A DNA stretch of 64,000 nt from positions 15,158 through 79,157 of the forward strand of contig CANPVE010000009.1 in NCBI GenBank assembly GCA_947581635.1, written 5' to 3'. Every line of letters begins with the position of its first letter. Position 1 is the stretch's first letter. Below, in pieces: positions 15,855 through 25,979 of the stretch. This DNA is from an uncultured Clostridia bacterium (GTDB lineage: Bacteria; Bacillota; Clostridia; Oscillospirales; Acutalibacteraceae). Under the pieces are notes generated by a model. That model ran no database searches. It worked only from the letters and a program-made list of their open reading frames with translations, and was not told where the DNA came from. The position numbers were made by a program, and so were the translations under genes.

Positions 15855-18779
15855 TTGAGAATAGGAATTGACGTGGGTTCCACTACAATAAAATATGTTG
15901 TAATGGACGATTTAGGCAATATAATACATAAATCCTATGAGCGCCATCTCTCGCAGATAACTGAAAAGACGCTCGACGTGCTGAAAACCGTGCGGGAGCT
16001 GACCGGCACACGCCAGGCACTGCTCTCCATATCAGGCTCGGCGGGCATGGGTATATCAGAGGCTTGCTCGATTCCCCTGGTGCAGGAGGTTTTCGCCAGC
16101 CGCATTGCCCTGAAAAATCTGTTGCCCGATACAGACGTCGCCATCGAGCTGGGCGGTGAAGATGCCAAAATACTTTTTGTGACGGGCGGCATGGAATTCC
16201 GCATGAACGGTTCCTGTGCCGGCGGCACGGGCGCCTTTATCGATCAGATGGCGACTCTGCTCAACATCACCCCATCTGAGATGAACGAGGAGGCAAAGAA
16301 AGCGGAGCGCCGCTACACAATAGCCTCCCGCTGCGGAGTTTTCGCCAAGACCGACATTCAGCCGCTGCTCAATCAGGGCGCGCGCACAAGCGACATATCC
16401 TCCAGCATATTCTACGCCGTGGTCAATCAGACCATAGCGGGACTTGCGCAGGGGCGTCCGATAGAGGGCAACGTGGTATATCTGGGCGGACCGCTCACCT
16501 TCTTCTCGGAGCTGCGCAGCGCCTTTGACGACACGCTCAAGCTCAAGGGCAAGTGCCCTGAAAATTCGCTCTATTACGTCGCCATAGGCGCGGCGCTGGG
16601 CGCGGATACCGAAATAAACCTGGATAAAGCGATAGATACCCTCAGCCGCATGAAGGTTGTAGGCAATTACAACTCAATCGAGCCGCTTTTCAAAAGTCAG
16701 GCAGAATACGATGAATTCACCGCGCGCCACTCTGCCCACACCATAGAGCGCGTTGATCCAAAGACCTACAAGGGCGACGCTTTCTTCGGCGTGGACGCAG
16801 GCTCCACAACCATTAAGATGGTCGTGATAACCCGCGAAGGCAGGATACTTCTTGACAGCTATAATTCCAACAAAGGCAACCCCGTCCCAAACGTCAAGAG
16901 CTTCCTCGAGGATTTATACAGAAATTATCCCGATATAAAGATAATCGGGGCCACCTCGACAGGCTACGGAGAAGAGCTTATAAAGAACGCGTTCAGTCTC
17001 GATTCGGGCATAGTGGAGACTACCGCCCATCTCACCGCCGCCCGCCGCTTCATGCCGGATGTTGAATTCGTCATAGATATTGGCGGTCAGGACATCAAAT
17101 GCTTTAAAATAGGCAGCAAAGGAGAAATTGACAGCATATTCCTCAACGAAGCCTGTTCCTCGGGCTGCGGTTCCTTCCTTCAGACGTTTGCGGAAGCACT
17201 CAATCAGCCTATAGACAAATTTGCCATGCTGGGGCTTTTCGCGGATAAACCCGTCGACCTCGGCTCGCGCTGCACCGTGTTTATGAATTCATCGGTAAAG
17301 CAGGCCCAGAAGGACGGTGCTTCGATAGAGAACATCTCCGCGGGGCTCTCGATAAGCGTGGTAAAAAACGCGCTGTATAAGGTCATTCGCGCCTCAAGCC
17401 CCGACGATTTGGGCAAAAAAATTGTAGTTCAGGGCGGCACGTTCCTCAACGACGCGGTACTGCGCGCTTTCGAGCAGGAAATGGGCGTCGAGGTCGTGCG
17501 TCCCGCCATCGCCGGGCTTATGGGCGCATACGGCGCGGCGCTCTACGCCTCGCGCCATTCAAACGGCAGCAGCAAGATACTCAACGCCGAGCAGCTTGCA
17601 AATTTCTTCCACAATGTCAAAGATTCGCGCTGTGGACTTTGCAGCAACAACTGTCGGCTCACCGTAAATATATTTGACAACAACCGAAAGTTTATCAGCG
17701 GCAACCGCTGCGACAGACCCGTAACCCGCCGCAAAGCCGACGACTCGTTAAACATATACGATTTCAAGCTCAAGATGCTCAAAGAGTATCAGCCTGTCAG
17801 CGGCCCGCGCGGCAAAATCGGAATCCCCATGGGACTGAATATGTTCGAGCTTCTGCCATTCTGGCACACGCTCTTTACCAAACTGGGCTTTGAGGTAGTG
17901 ACCTCACCGCTCTCCAACCGCAAAATGTATCTGCTGGGTCAGGCGACCATTCCATCAGATACCGTGTGTTTCCCCGCCAAGCTGATGCACGGCCATGTGC
18001 AAACCCTTATCAACGACGGCATTGACGTTATATTCTATCCCTGTATGTCGTACAACTTCGATGAAAAAATGGGCGACAATCACTACAACTGTCCGGTTGT
18101 GGCGTATTATCCCGAGGTAATTCACGCAAATATGCCCGACATCGCCAAGGTAAAATTCATCAACGACTACTTGGGAATTCACCGTCCGAAAGACTTCCCG
18201 AAGAAATTCCAGCAGGTCATGTCCAAATACTTCGATATAATCCCGCTCGAAGAAGTAAAGGCGGCCTGCGACGCCGCCTATGCCGAATACGACAATTATC
18301 TGAGACGCGTGCGGGAGTGCGGAGACGATATAATTTCGCGCGCACGGGAAAAGGGTATGCAGATAATCGTTCTTTCGGGCCGTCCCTATCACATCGACCC
18401 CGAGATAAACCACGGCATTGACAAGCTCGTAGCCGGCTGCAACGCCGCTATCATTTCGGAAGACGTAGTGAGCAACCGCGTGGAGAAATTCTCCGTAAAG
18501 GTGCTCAATCAGTGGACATACCACTCCCGTCTCTACGCCGCCGCGAAATATGTCCTCACCCAGCCCGACATGAACTTGGTGCAGCTTGTCTCCTTCGGCT
18601 GCGGTATTGACGCCATAACCACCGATGAAGTGCGCTCAATACTCGAGAGCGGTGGCAAGATTTACACCCAGATAAAGATAGACGAAATAACAAATCTCGG
18701 CGCCGTCAAGATAAGACTTCGCAGCCTGTTTGCTGCAATCGAGGACAACTGCGTCAATTCGGGCGAACAGACGGGTTGA
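15855..18779 (+). CDS. acyl-CoA-dehydratase-activase-type ATPase (two BcrAD/BadFG domains plus a C-terminal activase-associated domain)
   Basis: MRIGIDVGSTTIK and a second copy FFGVDAGSTTIKMV are ASKHA ATPase phosphate-1 motifs. The 974-aa architecture is typical of 'CoA-substrate-specific enzyme activase' proteins. Confidence 0.8.
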   Translation: MRIGIDVGSTTIKYVVMDDLGNIIHKSYERHLSQITEKTLDVLKTVRELTGTRQALLSISGSAGMGISEACSIPLVQEVFASRIALKNLLPDTDVAIELGGEDAKILFVTGGMEFRMNGSCAGGTGAFIDQMATLLNITPSEMNEEAKKAERRYTIASRCGVFAKTDIQPLLNQGARTSDISSSIFYAVVNQTIAGLAQGRPIEGNVVYLGGPLTFFSELRSAFDDTLKLKGKCPENSLYYVAIGAALGADTEINLDKAIDTLSRMKVVGNYNSIEPLFKSQAEYDEFTARHSAHTIERVDPKTYKGDAFFGVDAGSTTIKMVVITREGRILLDSYNSNKGNPVPNVKSFLEDLYRNYPDIKIIGATSTGYGEELIKNAFSLDSGIVETTAHLTAARRFMPDVEFVIDIGGQDIKCFKIGSKGEIDSIFLNEACSSGCGSFLQTFAEALNQPIDKFAMLGLFADKPVDLGSRCTVFMNSSVKQAQKDGASIENISAGLSISVVKNALYKVIRASSPDDLGKKIVVQGGTFLNDAVLRAFEQEMGVEVVRPAIAGLMGAYGAALYASRHSNGSSKILNAEQLANFFHNVKDSRCGLCSNNCRLTVNIFDNNRKFISGNRCDRPVTRRKADDSLNIYDFKLKMLKEYQPVSGPRGKIGIPMGLNMFELLPFWHTLFTKLGFEVVTSPLSNRKMYLLGQATIPSDTVCFPAKLMHGHVQTLINDGIDVIFYPCMSYNFDEKMGDNHYNCPVVAYYPEVIHANMPDIAKVKFINDYLGIHRPKDFPKKFQQVMSKYFDIIPLEEVKAACDAAYAEYDNYLRRVRECGDDIISRAREKGMQIIVLSGRPYHIDPEINHGIDKLVAGCNAAIISEDVVSNRVEKFSVKVLNQWTYHSRLYAAAKYVLTQPDMNLVQLVSFGCGIDAITTDEVRSILESGGKIYTQIKIDEITNLGAVKIRLRSLFAAIEDNCVNSGEQTG

Positions 18780-18880
18780 TGCAAATAAAGCGGAAAAGTT
18801 TACGGCCTGTAGGGCGTCCGACTCCGCAGACGAATTTGTCACGTTCAAATTCTCACACAAAAACAGAGAGGTCAAAGCAT

Positions 18881-20308
18881 ATGGCTGAATTAAAACACGA
18901 CAAGAAAAGCGATCGCATTCTTTTCACCAAAGAGATGCGCCGCGACTATAAGATTCTCGCACCAAATATGCTTCCGGTACACTTCAAGCTCTTTGAAAAG
19001 GTGCTGCAAAGAGCCGGCTACGACGTTGAAGTGCTCACAAACGACGGTCATCAGGTGGTGGAAGAAGGTCTTAAGCACGTCCACAACGACACCTGCTATC
19101 CCGCGCTGCTGGTTATCGGCCAGATGATAGACGCGCTCAACAGCGGCAAATACGACGTAAACAAAACCGCCCTTATGATAACCCAGACGGGCGGCGGCTG
19201 CCGCGCCTCAAACTATATTCATCTGCTGCGCAAGGCTTTGAAATCTGCGGGATATGCAAATGTTCCCGTCATTTCGGTAAATATGTCGGGCTTGGAGAGC
19301 AACCCCGGCTTTTCCCTCACCCCGTCTCTCATCATGCAGGTGGTGGCAGGTCTGGTATACGGCGATCTGCTCATGCTTCTCAACAATCAGGTTAAGGCGT
19401 ACGAGCTCAACAAGGGCGAATCCGAGGCGCTTGTGGACAGCTGGGCGGAACGCCTGCTTGAGCAGTTCTCACACGGCAAAGGTCTGCTGGGCGACGATTT
19501 CCGCAATAATCTCAAGCGCATAGCCGACGAATTTGACGCAATACCCGTCAAACGCGTTCCAAAAGTGAAGGTGGGCATTGTGGGAGAAATTTATGTAAAA
19601 TACTCGCCGCTGGCCAACAACAAACTGGAGGAATTCCTCGCTTCTCAGGACTGCGAAGTGATGGTCCCGGGTCTGATGGGCTTTGTCCTCTTCAAGATAG
19701 ACAACCGCCTCGACGACATAATGCTCTATGGCGGCAGCACAATAAAGTATAAGTTTGTCTCGTTCCTCAAGGATTTCTGCACCAAGATGGAATCAGCCAT
19801 GCTGGACGCACTCAGGGAGCACCCGAATTTTGTAGTCCCATCGCCCTATGCACATCTGCGCTCTCTGGTCAACGGCGTCATCGGCTATGGCAGCAAAATG
19901 GGCGAAGGCTGGCTGCTCACCGCCGAAATGCTGGAGCTGTGCGAATCAGGCTATGAGAACATCGTGTGTGCTCAGCCCTTCGGCTGCCTTCCGAACCACA
20001 TAAACGGCAAGGGCATGATAGGCAGGATCCGCAAGGTATGCCCAAACGCCAACATCACACCGATAGATTACGACCCGAGCGCTACAAAGGTAAATCAGGA
20101 AAACCGCATAAAGCTTATGTTGGCCGTAGCACGTGAAAATCTCGACGAGAGAATAGCTGCCCAAGCAACCAAGAACGCAAAAGCGGGGGATATCGAGGTT
20201 GATATCATATCCGATAATCAGGGTGCCAGGAATGCGGACAACGTAATAGAAGTTGAAATAGAAACCTCAGAGGATAAGCCCGAAAATCAATCTGCCGGTG
20301 TAGAATAA
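18881..20308 (+). CDS. 2-hydroxyacyl-CoA-dehydratase-related subunit (YjiM-like)
   Basis: Contains HNDTCYPALLVIGQMIDAL, TQTGGGCRASNY and CAQPFGCLPNH. I prefer the ATG at 18881, which has an SD AGAGAGG 9 nt upstream, over the ORF-track start at 18776. Confidence 0.75.
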   Translation: MAELKHDKKSDRILFTKEMRRDYKILAPNMLPVHFKLFEKVLQRAGYDVEVLTNDGHQVVEEGLKHVHNDTCYPALLVIGQMIDALNSGKYDVNKTALMITQTGGGCRASNYIHLLRKALKSAGYANVPVISVNMSGLESNPGFSLTPSLIMQVVAGLVYGDLLMLLNNQVKAYELNKGESEALVDSWAERLLEQFSHGKGLLGDDFRNNLKRIADEFDAIPVKRVPKVKVGIVGEIYVKYSPLANNKLEEFLASQDCEVMVPGLMGFVLFKIDNRLDDIMLYGGSTIKYKFVSFLKDFCTKMESAMLDALREHPNFVVPSPYAHLRSLVNGVIGYGSKMGEGWLLTAEMLELCESGYENIVCAQPFGCLPNHINGKGMIGRIRKVCPNANITPIDYDPSATKVNQENRIKLMLAVARENLDERIAAQATKNAKAGDIEVDIISDNQGARNADNVIEVEIETSEDKPENQSAGVE

Positions 20309-20320
20309 AAGGTGAATTTA

Positions 20321-20869
20321 ATGACATATACCACCATATACGCCGCGCGTCACGGCGAAACCGAGCTCAACGCCCAAGACCGCGTGTGCGGCGCCGTCGA
20401 TCTGCCCCTCACCGAGAGGGGACTTGTGCAGGCACAGCGGCTTGCAGAGCTTATGATCGGCAAAGGCATAGAGAAAATCTACTGCTCCGACATGATACGA
20501 GCGCGTCAGACCGCCGACACTGTGGGCCGTGCACTTGGAATTCAGCCGATTGCCGACCCCAGACTGCGCGAAATGTGTTTCGGATTGCTGGAAAAATGTA
20601 TGCGTGACGATACGGAATTCAACCGCCGTAAGCAGGTATTTGCCGAACGCTTTCCCGGTGGCGGAGAATCGATATTACAGGGAGCGCACAGGGTGTATTC
20701 CTTCATGGAAGAAATGCTGGAGGAGTGCGTCGGCAAGACAGCGCTCATCGTGAGCCACGGCTGGACAAACAAGCTAATCGCCACATATTTCTCGGACCTG
20801 AGCAACGAAGAATTTGCCGAATTCAGACTGCCTAATTGCGGTTACGCCAAATATGTTTTACATAACTGA
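20321..20869 (+). CDS. histidine phosphatase (phosphoglycerate-mutase family)
   Basis: Contains the RHGETELN catalytic motif and a later SHG. The ATG at 20321 follows AAGGTG. Confidence 0.85.
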   Translation: MTYTTIYAARHGETELNAQDRVCGAVDLPLTERGLVQAQRLAELMIGKGIEKIYCSDMIRARQTADTVGRALGIQPIADPRLREMCFGLLEKCMRDDTEFNRRKQVFAERFPGGGESILQGAHRVYSFMEEMLEECVGKTALIVSHGWTNKLIATYFSDLSNEEFAEFRLPNCGYAKYVLHN

Positions 20870-20895
20870 CAATTACTCTAACGTAACGAATAACA

Positions 20896-21720
20896 ATGAT
20901 TGAATTTAACTGCAAAAATCTTATATGTCCCATATGCGGAGAGCCGCTCATTCAGTCGAGCGGCTCTCTTGTGTGTTCGGGACGGCATACTTACGACATA
21001 GCTCGTCAGGGATATGTGAACCTTCTGCCGGTTCAGCAGAAGCATTCGCTCGCGCCCGGCGACACTCCCCAAATGCTCGCGTCGCGCAGGGCTTTTCTTA
21101 ATGAGGGACACTACACGCCAATCCTCAATGACGTGGCCGCCGCCATTCAAAAATATTCGGGTCGTGTCGGCACAATTGCCGACATAGGCTGCGGCGAAGG
21201 ATATTACACCTCCGAACTCGCGCAAAGGTATCCAAAAGCGACGATAATCGGAGCGGATATCTCCAAAGCGGCGGTCAGAATGGCCTGCTCCCGAGGCAGA
21301 TCCATAAGCTGGATAACCGCGACCGCCTCTCACTTGCCGATTGCAGAGCGTTCCGTTGACGTGATAACGGCCATGTTTTCTCTGGTCTGTGAGGAAGAAT
21401 TTGCGCGCGTGCTGCAAAACGGCGGAATTGTGGTTGAGGTAACGGCTGGAACCAATCATCTGATTGAACTGAAACGCATAATATACGACGATGTATTCGA
21501 GCAGCACAAGCACCCGAAAAAACCGCAGGGCTTTTTAAAAGAGACAGGCTGCGAACTCAGATCCTTTAAACTCATGCTCGACAACACACAGTTGATCAAT
21601 CTGCTGCAAATGACGCCACATACACTCCGCATTAGACCTGAAAACCGTGCACGTCTTGAAACCGCTTCGGAATTAGAGCTTACGGCAGAGTATTTTATAA
21701 GAATATTGGGGAAAAATTAA
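20896..21720 (+). CDS. rlmA: 23S rRNA (guanine-N1)-methyltransferase RlmA
   Basis: Zn ribbon CPICGEPL...C..RH, then ARQGYVNLLPVQQK, GDT..M..SRRAFL..GHY, the SAM motif DIGCGEGYYT, and LLQMTP. It is collinear with E. coli RrmA. Confidence 0.9.
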   Translation: MIEFNCKNLICPICGEPLIQSSGSLVCSGRHTYDIARQGYVNLLPVQQKHSLAPGDTPQMLASRRAFLNEGHYTPILNDVAAAIQKYSGRVGTIADIGCGEGYYTSELAQRYPKATIIGADISKAAVRMACSRGRSISWITATASHLPIAERSVDVITAMFSLVCEEEFARVLQNGGIVVEVTAGTNHLIELKRIIYDDVFEQHKHPKKPQGFLKETGCELRSFKLMLDNTQLINLLQMTPHTLRIRPENRARLETASELELTAEYFIRILGKN

Positions 21721-21814
21721 CAATTGGAAAATAATATTAATCTGCCAAGTTTACCCGTAGTTTACAAAAGGGTGCTATAATCCGTGAGAAGGTTGTTTGA
21801 AAGGAGCAGATAGA

Positions 21815-22621
21815 ATGGGCATATCTGATAAACTTAGAGAACAAGAGAAAAAACGTCCGTCCGCCGATACTCATGAAATGGAAATCGAGCAGGCAATCCG
21901 TCAGACCCTGATGGATATTTTCAACCGAAATCTGAAATTCATAAGCCGCACAGAGTTGGACGTGGACACGATCGAGCGTCAGTTTGTGCGAGACGACAAA
22001 CACTGTTGGTTTTCGTTCGGAAGCGTTGATTTTCCAACCGGCAAGGTGATCGTCTCCGACCCATTCTATTATCTGTATAAATGGGGCGAACCGCCGGTAA
22101 TCGCTCCCGTGCTCAATATAGAAATTCCAAAGGGCAGCTTCCATGTTGAAATATCCGTGGCGCGCAATGAGTTCGTGGGCATAAGGGTTTGCAGTGCACG
22201 CATTAAAATAAAGCCAACCTCCGCCGTGCGATATGAGTTGGCAGTTCCCACGGACGATACCGCCGCCATGATGTGCTCCGACGGTGCGCTCACGGGTTTC
22301 CCTGTGGAATGTGGCATGATGTGCTTCTGTGACGTCCAAGTTGCCGACGAATACCGCGAATTCATGGCAAAGCACAACTACACAAACGCCTATGACGATT
22401 ATTTCAGGAACATACTGGTAAGACGCAGCGATGAGGAAGATCCCGAGCACAAATACGACGAAGATTTTGCCGAGTGGGCCAATCCCGACAGCGGCAACAG
22501 AATGGCTATAGTTCACACGGGCTTGGGCGACGGTTTCTATCAGGTATTCTGGGGCTATGACAAAGACGGCGATATCTGTGAGCTGACAGTTCCCTTTATC
22601 GACCCGAGTTTGCTTGACTGA
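21815..22621 (+). CDS. DUF4241-like protein
   Basis: FPTGKVIVSDPFYY and the C-terminal TGLGDGFYQVFWGYDKDGDICELTVPF match my recollection of DUF4241. ATG at 21815 with an SD AAAGGAG. Confidence 0.65.
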   Translation: MGISDKLREQEKKRPSADTHEMEIEQAIRQTLMDIFNRNLKFISRTELDVDTIERQFVRDDKHCWFSFGSVDFPTGKVIVSDPFYYLYKWGEPPVIAPVLNIEIPKGSFHVEISVARNEFVGIRVCSARIKIKPTSAVRYELAVPTDDTAAMMCSDGALTGFPVECGMMCFCDVQVADEYREFMAKHNYTNAYDDYFRNILVRRSDEEDPEHKYDEDFAEWANPDSGNRMAIVHTGLGDGFYQVFWGYDKDGDICELTVPFIDPSLLD

Positions 22622-22634
22622 GGCGGGCTTAAAA

Positions 22635-23480
22635 ATGTTTGGATTTGTCACCACCGCGCCCAATCTGCTCAGCGATCAGAGCAAGACGCGCTATCGCGGC
22701 TGGTACTGCGGGCTATGTAAATCGCTCGGGCGAAACTGCGGGCAATCTTGCAGGATTCTGCTGGCATACGACATGGTATTTCCCGCAATGCTTATCTCAT
22801 CGGTGTTCAAAATGCCCGAGGTATGTCAGAATAATCGCTGCATAGTCCACCCATTCAAACCCCATACGGAAATTTTCACCGCCGCAAGCCGCTACTCGGC
22901 CGAAATGAACGTCATGCTGTCGTACTACAAGATGCTCGACGACTGGCAGGACGACAAAAATCCCGCCGCTCTCGCTGCCGCCCGTGTCTATCGCGGCAAA
23001 TGCAGCGCATTGAGCCAAAAGTATCCGCGACAATGCAACGCCACGGCTCAATGTCTGCGTGAACTAAGCGAACTTGAACGCGGCGGCGAGAGCAATCCTG
23101 ATATGCCCGCCAACTGCTTCGGGCAGCTTATGGGCGAGATTTTTGTGATGAATGACGACGGAAGCGAGCTTGTGCATGATTTGCGCAAATTCGGGCACGC
23201 GTTTGGGCGATTTATATATATAATGGATGCTGCCACTGACCTTCACACGGACTTAAAGCGCGAGAGATACAACCCCCTTGTATCGGTTCCCTCAAGTCAA
23301 ATAACCGAACTGCTGCAAATAATGGGCGGGGAAATAACGCGGATCTTTGACAGGCTGCCCGTCACGTGCGACAGAGATATAATGAAAAACATACTGTGCG
23401 CGGGAATTTGGGGCAAATACGAAGTCAAGCGACAAGGCGGTAAGCGGAAAGGAAAAATTAATGGCGAGAAGTCCATATGA
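22635..23480 (+). CDS. DUF5685-like Cys-containing protein
   Basis: The N-terminus MFGFV..P......[23 protein letters not shown] matches the DUF5685 pattern as I recall it. Its 3' end overlaps the next gene by 20 nt. Confidence 0.6.
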   Translation: MFGFVTTAPNLLSDQSKTRYRGWYCGLCKSLGRNCGQSCRILLAYDMVFPAMLISSVFKMPEVCQNNRCIVHPFKPHTEIFTAASRYSAEMNVMLSYYKMLDDWQDDKNPAALAAARVYRGKCSALSQKYPRQCNATAQCLRELSELERGGESNPDMPANCFGQLMGEIFVMNDDGSELVHDLRKFGHAFGRFIYIMDAATDLHTDLKRERYNPLVSVPSSQITELLQIMGGEITRIFDRLPVTCDRDIMKNILCAGIWGKYEVKRQGGKRKGKINGEKSI

Positions 23481-24120
23481 AATACTCGGAGTATCTCCGA
23501 ATGCGTCAAAAGAGGAAATTGCAAAAGCATACCGTAAATTGGCGAAAAAATATCACCCCGACCTGAACCCGGGCGATGAAAGCGCCGCGAAGAAGATGAG
23601 CGAAATAAACTCTGCCTATGACGAAATAAAGAGCGGCAAGGCGTCGCCCTATGGCAGTTCGTACGCCTCCGACGTTTCCGGCTCGTCGTATTCGTCAGGC
23701 TGGGAGCAGTACGACAGGAGCCGCGGCAGATATACCACTGACGACTACGCAACACTGGATTCCGTCAGAGCCTACATTGAAAGCGACAGGTATGATGAGG
23801 CTATAAATTTGCTTAACAGCATGAATACGCGCGGCGCAGAGTGGTACTATCTGAGCGCCATCGCAAACCACGCCGAGGGCAATTTAATCACGGCGCTTCA
23901 GCACGCTCGGGAGGCGGTGCGGCTTGAACCGGGCAATCCCGAGTACCGCAGAATTCTTATGGAGATACAGGCGGGCGGTGTTCAATACCGCACATGGCAG
24001 ACCTCAAACGGCTTTAACCCACAAAGTGCTGCACAGTGCTGCTCGACGATGTGCATGACACAGATGTGCTGTATGTGTGTCCAAAGCTATGCCTCAATGT
24101 TCTACTGCTGCATGAACTGA
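23461..24120 (+). CDS. J-domain protein with a TPR-like segment and a Cys/Met-rich C-terminal tail
   Basis: J domain: [34 protein letters not shown] (HPD present). The tail is [27 protein letters not shown]. Confidence 0.85.
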   Translation: MARSPYEILGVSPNASKEEIAKAYRKLAKKYHPDLNPGDESAAKKMSEINSAYDEIKSGKASPYGSSYASDVSGSSYSSGWEQYDRSRGRYTTDDYATLDSVRAYIESDRYDEAINLLNSMNTRGAEWYYLSAIANHAEGNLITALQHAREAVRLEPGNPEYRRILMEIQAGGVQYRTWQTSNGFNPQSAAQCCSTMCMTQMCCMCVQSYASMFYCCMN

Positions 24121-24172
24121 TTGACAGGCATTTTGATAACAGACTCAAAAAAACAGAAGGAAACAGTGACTT

Positions 24173-24676
24173 ATGAACAATTTCAGGTATAAATTCAGTC
24201 AATTCATGCAGGGCAGATACGGCATGGATCAGCTTTACTACGCATTGCTGGTGCTCTATCTTATATTGCTTTTACTCAATATTATATTCAGACGGGTGAT
24301 GATATTCGGTATACTGGCTTGGGTCGTGCTGATTTTCGCCTTTTACCGCTTCTTCTCCCGCAATATCTCTAAACGCAGCCGTGAGAATGACAAATTCATG
24401 CAGCTTTTTGGAAAGCTCACAGGCGAACGCCTTGTAAACTTCGGCGGCTTCAACGGAGGCGGCTTTACCGGAGACGGTTTCGGCAATTCCGGTCGAAGCG
24501 GCTCAAACGGTCCCGGCCTTATGACAAAAATCCGCGAGTTTCCCGAAAAGAAATACGTATCTTGTCCAAAATGTAAAGCTACTCTGCGCGTGCCGCGCCG
24601 CAGAGGTAAACATACAGTGCGCTGTCCCCGCTGCAGCAACCGTTTCGGCATAAACATAATCATCGGAAAGAAGTAA
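24173..24676 (+). CDS. membrane protein with a C-terminal zinc ribbon
   Basis: Two TM helices, a Gly-rich linker, then CPKC...17 aa...CPRC. Confidence 0.65.
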   Translation: MNNFRYKFSQFMQGRYGMDQLYYALLVLYLILLLLNIIFRRVMIFGILAWVVLIFAFYRFFSRNISKRSRENDKFMQLFGKLTGERLVNFGGFNGGGFTGDGFGNSGRSGSNGPGLMTKIREFPEKKYVSCPKCKATLRVPRRRGKHTVRCPRCSNRFGINIIIGKK

Positions 24677-24759
24677 TAATCTACGGAAAGTTGAAGTCAG
24701 GCAAGCGGAGTACAATAGGTTTCCAAACGGTTCAAACACAACAATAACATAAATTTAAA

Positions 24760-24807
24760 GCGCGCAACTGTACCCACCCAATGTCGGTTACAGTTGTGCG
24801 CTTTTTT
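24760..24807. terminator. bidirectional rho-independent terminator
   Basis: GCGCGCAACTGTA (24760-24772) pairs with TACAGTTGTGCGC (24789-24801), including one G-U pair. TTTTTT follows on the + strand and TTTAAATTT on the - strand. Confidence 0.7.
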
Positions 24808-24848
24808 GTATGGTGTTACTACGGTATCAGGCATGGCCGATAACGTAC

Positions 24849-25976
24849 TCACTTCAACGTGCTGAGATAATTCATAAAATTCCGTTTATTTTCCAAAGCC
24901 GTGGTTGTGGGCCTGCCTAGGTTGTCCCTGGCCCCGATAGAACATTTCACCTCAATAAGAGAAAGTTCGTCCCTGACTTTCGCGCACTCAAGCTCCCTGT
25001 CGAGAGCTTCAAAGCAATCCACGCACACGGCGTTTGGATACCCGCAGGCCCTTGCAATGCCCACAATGTCAATGTCCGACGCCACCGTGGGCATACCCCC
25101 AACTGTTTCGTGCGCCCCATTATTGATGACGATATGAACAAGGTTTTTTGGCCTGTTGGCTCCAATCACCGCCATTGAACCCATATGCATAAGAACGGCG
25201 CCGTCGCCGTCAATGCACCACACGCGCTGATTCGGCTTGTTGATTGCCACGCCAAGGGCGATGGACGAGCTGTGTCCCATGGAACCGACAGTCAGGAAGT
25301 CATATTTATGGCTTTGGCCGTTGGCACAGCGGATTTCAAAAAGCTCTCGACTGGCCTTGCCGGTTGTGGAAACAATAGGATCTTCCCCTGCCGTTTTGAC
25401 GATATGTCGAATAATCTCTTCGCGAACCATTACGTTGTCGTTTCTGTACTCGACAACCTCATCATATTGCAGAGCGCCCTTGCGGATTACAAACGCCACG
25501 TCTTTGCCCGCCGCCAGAATCTTCTTAAATTCGTCCATTTTTTGTTCCACATCATCATCAGCGGTATCCTTGCCGATAATGAACGCGGCGATATCCATAT
25601 CCTCCAACAGCTTGACTGTCACTTCCCCCTGATATATATGCTGCGGCTCATCGTGAATTCCCGGCTCCCCGCGCCAACCCACGATGAATACAACGGGGAT
25701 TGCATATACTTTATCGTTCAGAAGCGAAGCAGCAGGATTGATAATGTTGCCTTCGCCGGAATTCTGCATATAAACCACCGGTACCTTGCCTGTAGCCAAG
25801 TGATATCCCGCCGCCAACGCAGTGCAGTTTCCCTCATTTGCGGCTATAATGTGGTGCTTCGGGTCGATGCCGTAATTGTGCATAAGATAATTGCAAAGAG
25901 GCTTGAGCTGACTGTCCGGCACTCCCGTATAAAAGTCCGAGCCGATTATCTCTACGAGCTTTTCTACTCTCATCAA
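24849..25976 (-). CDS. ppd: phosphonopyruvate decarboxylase (TPP-dependent)
   Basis: 375 aa. DFYTGVPDSQLKPLC, ANEGNCTALAAGYHLATGK and VGWRGEPG.HDEPQH are typical of Ppd/AepY. It is the last gene of the PepM operon. Confidence 0.85.
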   Translation of the reverse strand: MMRVEKLVEIIGSDFYTGVPDSQLKPLCNYLMHNYGIDPKHHIIAANEGNCTALAAGYHLATGKVPVVYMQNSGEGNIINPAASLLNDKVYAIPVVFIVGWRGEPGIHDEPQHIYQGEVTVKLLEDMDIAAFIIGKDTADDDVEQKMDEFKKILAAGKDVAFVIRKGALQYDEVVEYRNDNVMVREEIIRHIVKTAGEDPIVSTTGKASRELFEIRCANGQSHKYDFLTVGSMGHSSSIALGVAINKPNQRVWCIDGDGAVLMHMGSMAVIGANRPKNLVHIVINNGAHETVGGMPTVASDIDIVGIARACGYPNAVCVDCFEALDRELECAKVRDELSLIEVKCSIGARDNLGRPTTTALENKRNFMNYLSTLK

Positions 25977-25979
25977 TGT

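Noticed and set aside
17955-18524. 189-aa antisense ORF inside the activase gene, and similar shadow ORFs at 2472-2996, 3093-3854, 4755-5423, 6273-6998, 42707-43219, 43999-44481, 44746-45441 and 51224-51853
   Set aside because: All overlap, on the opposite strand, genes with strong family signatures. None has a motif or a convincing ribosome-binding site.
21737-22663. 308-aa minus-strand ORF antisense to the DUF4241-like gene
   Set aside because: It has no recognisable motifs and an odd composition. The + strand ORF has an SD, a recognisable family-like C-terminus (TGLGDGFYQVFWGYD) and fits the co-directional operon.
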